From a virus (taxonomy: Duplodnaviria; Caudoviricetes), in IMG/VR virus record IMGVR_UViG_3300025018_000137, positions 11,143 to 75,142 of that record: 64,000 nucleotides of DNA; one strand, 5' to 3'. Both the position numbers and the translations under genes were made by a program. The notes beneath the pieces are model-generated. The model saw only the letters and a program-made list of their open reading frames with translations. It was not told where the DNA came from and searched no databases. Below, piece by piece: positions 62,019 to 64,000 of the stretch (positions within the stretch are counted from its first letter, which is position 1; every line of letters starts with the position of its first letter).

Positions 62019-62459
62019 TCAGGGGGTTCGGTACTTCATCTCCACTCCGTTCATGATGTCGTGCCATTGGATGCGTTCGGAATGTGGGGTGTTGAAATCC
62101 CCTTCCACGTACCTCGCATTCTCTTGGGTAGTCATCTGGTCGGAGTCCACGACGACCCACTTGCCGGGGAACATGGCGGAACGGAACATAAGGCGCTGGC
62201 CCCCTTCGCCTCCAGCGAAGATGGTGACGTACTCCTGCGCTTGGTGTAGGCAAGGGATGGCGTCGAGGAGGCCCACTTCTTCTACTGCCCCGGGATACGC
62301 ACATGTGGCTCCTACCGGAACGGCGGTAACCATGGTGGTGCAGGAGATCGGGCGCTCCGGATACGAGGTTTCGACCACGATCGCGGCAACGATCGCGGCG
62401 CTCAAGTCATCGTACAGGTCGATCATGCCGAGGGAGATATGTCCTTGTGCGAGATACAT
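62019..62459 (-). CDS. Hypothetical protein
   Basis: 146-aa ORF after an AAGGA RBS, ending at a terminator. Confidence 0.5.
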   Translation of the reverse strand: MYLAQGHISLGMIDLYDDLSAAIVAAIVVETSYPERPISCTTMVTAVPVGATCAYPGAVEEVGLLDAIPCLHQAQEYVTIFAGGEGGQRLMFRSAMFPGKWVVVDSDQMTTQENARYVEGDFNTPHSERIQWHDIMNGVEMKYRTP

Positions 62460-62527
62460 TTGCAGTGTCCTTTGTGTAATCGATTACAGTTTGGTGGGTG
62501 CGCCCCGCGTGGGGCGCGTGAGGTGGA

Positions 62528-62842
62528 TCAGGCGCGCTGCGCTTCGATAACTTCGATTTCACGCTGAACGTCCGCCATCCGAACTGCCCATGAGTTGCGG
62601 GCAGTCTTCCCGTCGAGGCGGGCAGCGAAGTGGGCGAACCCATCCTTCGTCAGCCCTTTGGGCGTGATGCGCTCTGCGTGGTACTGCAGGGGACGCTTGC
62701 CGACAAGCGCTTCGAGCTTGGCGTAGTTCGGGTTACGCCCGCCTTTCGCCAGCTTGCCTCGCTTGTCGATGGAAACGAAGCCGGTCACGACCATCGCTGC
62801 GATGGTCCGGGCAGAAGTTGTCTTGTTGCTTGTCATCGTCAC
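62528..62842 (-). CDS. Early protein, paralog of 58778-59383
   Basis: SARTIAAMVVTGFVSIDKRG...LQYH...GLTKDGFAHF; AAGGA RBS; promoter upstream. Confidence 0.6.
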   Translation of the reverse strand: MTMTSNKTTSARTIAAMVVTGFVSIDKRGKLAKGGRNPNYAKLEALVGKRPLQYHAERITPKGLTKDGFAHFAARLDGKTARNSWAVRMADVQREIEVIEAQRA

Positions 62843-62878
62843 TGTCCTTCGTGTTGTTCGGCGACATGCCGAGCTGAG

Positions 62879-62907
62879 AGTGTCGCCTAGATGGGATTGT
62901 TTGTCAA
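62879..62907 (-). promoter_or_regulatory. sigma70-like promoter
   Basis: TTGACA (62907-62902), 17 nt, GACACT. Confidence 0.55.
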
Positions 62908-62911
62908 CCTT

Positions 62912-63334
62912 CTACAGTTTCATCGCGAAGCGGGCGCGCATACGCTCCACGGTCTCGCGCGGTACGTTGTGCTCCGACTCACCTTCATGCCCGTTCTCCA
63001 CTATGAGCCGCGTGACACGGTAGCCATGCTCCTTAGCCTGATACAGATAAGGCTGCATCTCCCACTCTTCGGTGAACGTGTTGGACACGAAGATGGCGTT
63101 CACGCCCGCCTCCATGCTGGAGGCACACATCTGCTGGCATGCATAGTGCGCGGACCGCAGTAGTTCGGCCCTGAATCGGTAGACCAGTAGGCCGTTGTCG
63201 TCTTCTTCCATGAAGAAATCGTCAGCTTCCCAATTCGTTACGCTGAACTTCGTATCTATCATGGACATCATGGCAGATACGAAGGAGGTCTTGCCCGCCC
63301 CGGGCAGACCGCGAACCAAATAGAGATTTTTCAT
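62912..63334 (-). CDS. P-loop kinase (AAA_33, polynucleotide-kinase-like)
   Basis: LYLVRGLPGAGKTS, EADDFF, AHYACQ, VSNTF, HNVPRETVERM. Confidence 0.85.
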   Translation of the reverse strand: MKNLYLVRGLPGAGKTSFVSAMMSMIDTKFSVTNWEADDFFMEEDDNGLLVYRFRAELLRSAHYACQQMCASSMEAGVNAIFVSNTFTEEWEMQPYLYQAKEHGYRVTRLIVENGHEGESEHNVPRETVERMRARFAMKL

Positions 63335-63724
63335 TGCACTGTCCTCTGCATGCGTTCTCGGCGAAATTCCGAGCTGGCATCATCCTCTATATAACATCCT
63401 ATGGCAAGCGCTATGTAATCGTCTACACTGAATGCAAGGCGGGCCAGCAGAACAACAGAACAGAAAGCGGGCACGCACCACCACTCACCAGCACGCCACG
63501 CACCACTACACCACTATCACGTCACCGCCAGAATGCACCACTACACGAACAGCTTGTTATACAGGAGGTGTGCCCATGCAACCGGGTATGCAGAAATCAC
63601 GATCCAGACACGTACACGAACACTACCAGCACTCAGCACTCCACCAGACACCACCCAGCAGCACTCCACCAGACACCAGTTCAGAATCGAGTAGTTATAC
63701 AGTAGACCTGCCGACGGACTAGGG

Positions 63725-63784
63725 TATGTGCAGCATCGACTATGTGCAGCATCGACTATGTGCAGCAATGGATGTGCAGCAAAT
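63725..63784. repeat. 16-bp tandem repeat
   Basis: TATGTGCAGCATCGAC x2 plus two partial ATGTGCAGCA copies. Confidence 0.8.
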
Positions 63785-63833
63785 GGAAAGATCACACACC
63801 ACATCAGGGAATTTGTTCTACACGCAAAAATCA

Positions 63834-64000
63834 GGCAGGGGAAGTGAAACTTAGTAGCAGAAGATCGGCAGGGGAAGTGAAACTTAGTAGCAGAAGATCG
63901 GCAGGGGAAGTGAAACTTAGTCGCGTAGCTATTAGCAGAAGATCGGCAGGGGAAGTGAAACTTAGTCGCGTAGCTATTAGCAGAAGATCGGCAGGGGAAG
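63834..64000. repeat. 33/45-bp tandem array, truncated by the window end
   Basis: GGCAGGGGAAG starts at 63834, 63867, 63900, 63945 and 63990; the later units carry a 12-bp insert TCGCGTAGCTAT. Confidence 0.9.

Noticed and set aside
749-63428. Palindrome read as a host CRP or FNR site
   Set aside because: The best copies give TGTGA-N8-TCACA, not the N6 spacing of CRP, and do not match FNR TTGAT-N4-ATCAA. The central bases are conserved, unlike a CRP spacer.
63834-64000. Possible CRISPR array at the window end
   Set aside because: The inter-repeat segments are themselves identical, so this is a tandem repeat with no spacers.

Overview
This 64-kb window is most of a tailed dsDNA bacteriophage genome of siphovirus type (long tape measure, no tail sheath seen, roughly 60% GC by eye). 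Essentially all credible genes lie on the minus strand. In transcription order (right to left) it holds: (1) a repeat-rich early region with small genes and sigma70-like promoters (~57.5-64 kb); (2) small regulatory and host-interaction genes, including two XRE HTH proteins, an NrdR-like Zn ribbon, a HAD phosphatase and CsrA; (3) a head module with portal, fiber-like protein, XkdF-type protease, scaffold and major capsid protein; (4) a tail module with a -1 frameshift chaperone pair, the tape measure gene and an Acb2-like anti-CBASS gene wedged right behind it; (5) lysis genes; (6) an AAA+/DUF1257/DUF2997 module; (7) replication and recombination genes (initiator-like wHTH with iterons, DnaB, UDG-like-fused PolA, primase, SSB, SF2 helicase, RecA, Cas4-like and RuvC-like nucleases); and (8) a ParB-like/methyltransferase operon. 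I recognised no terminase large subunit, integrase, tRNA or CRISPR array. The most striking unexplained structures are non-coding. One is a 16-bp palindrome (GTGAAATCGATTTCAC and variants) found by eye about 23 times across the whole window, often at gene boundaries. The other is a tandem array of four Fur-box-like 9-1-9 inverted repeats at 26-bp period (60030-60129). Family assignments come from motif recognition only, with no database searches, and manual motif counts may be incomplete.
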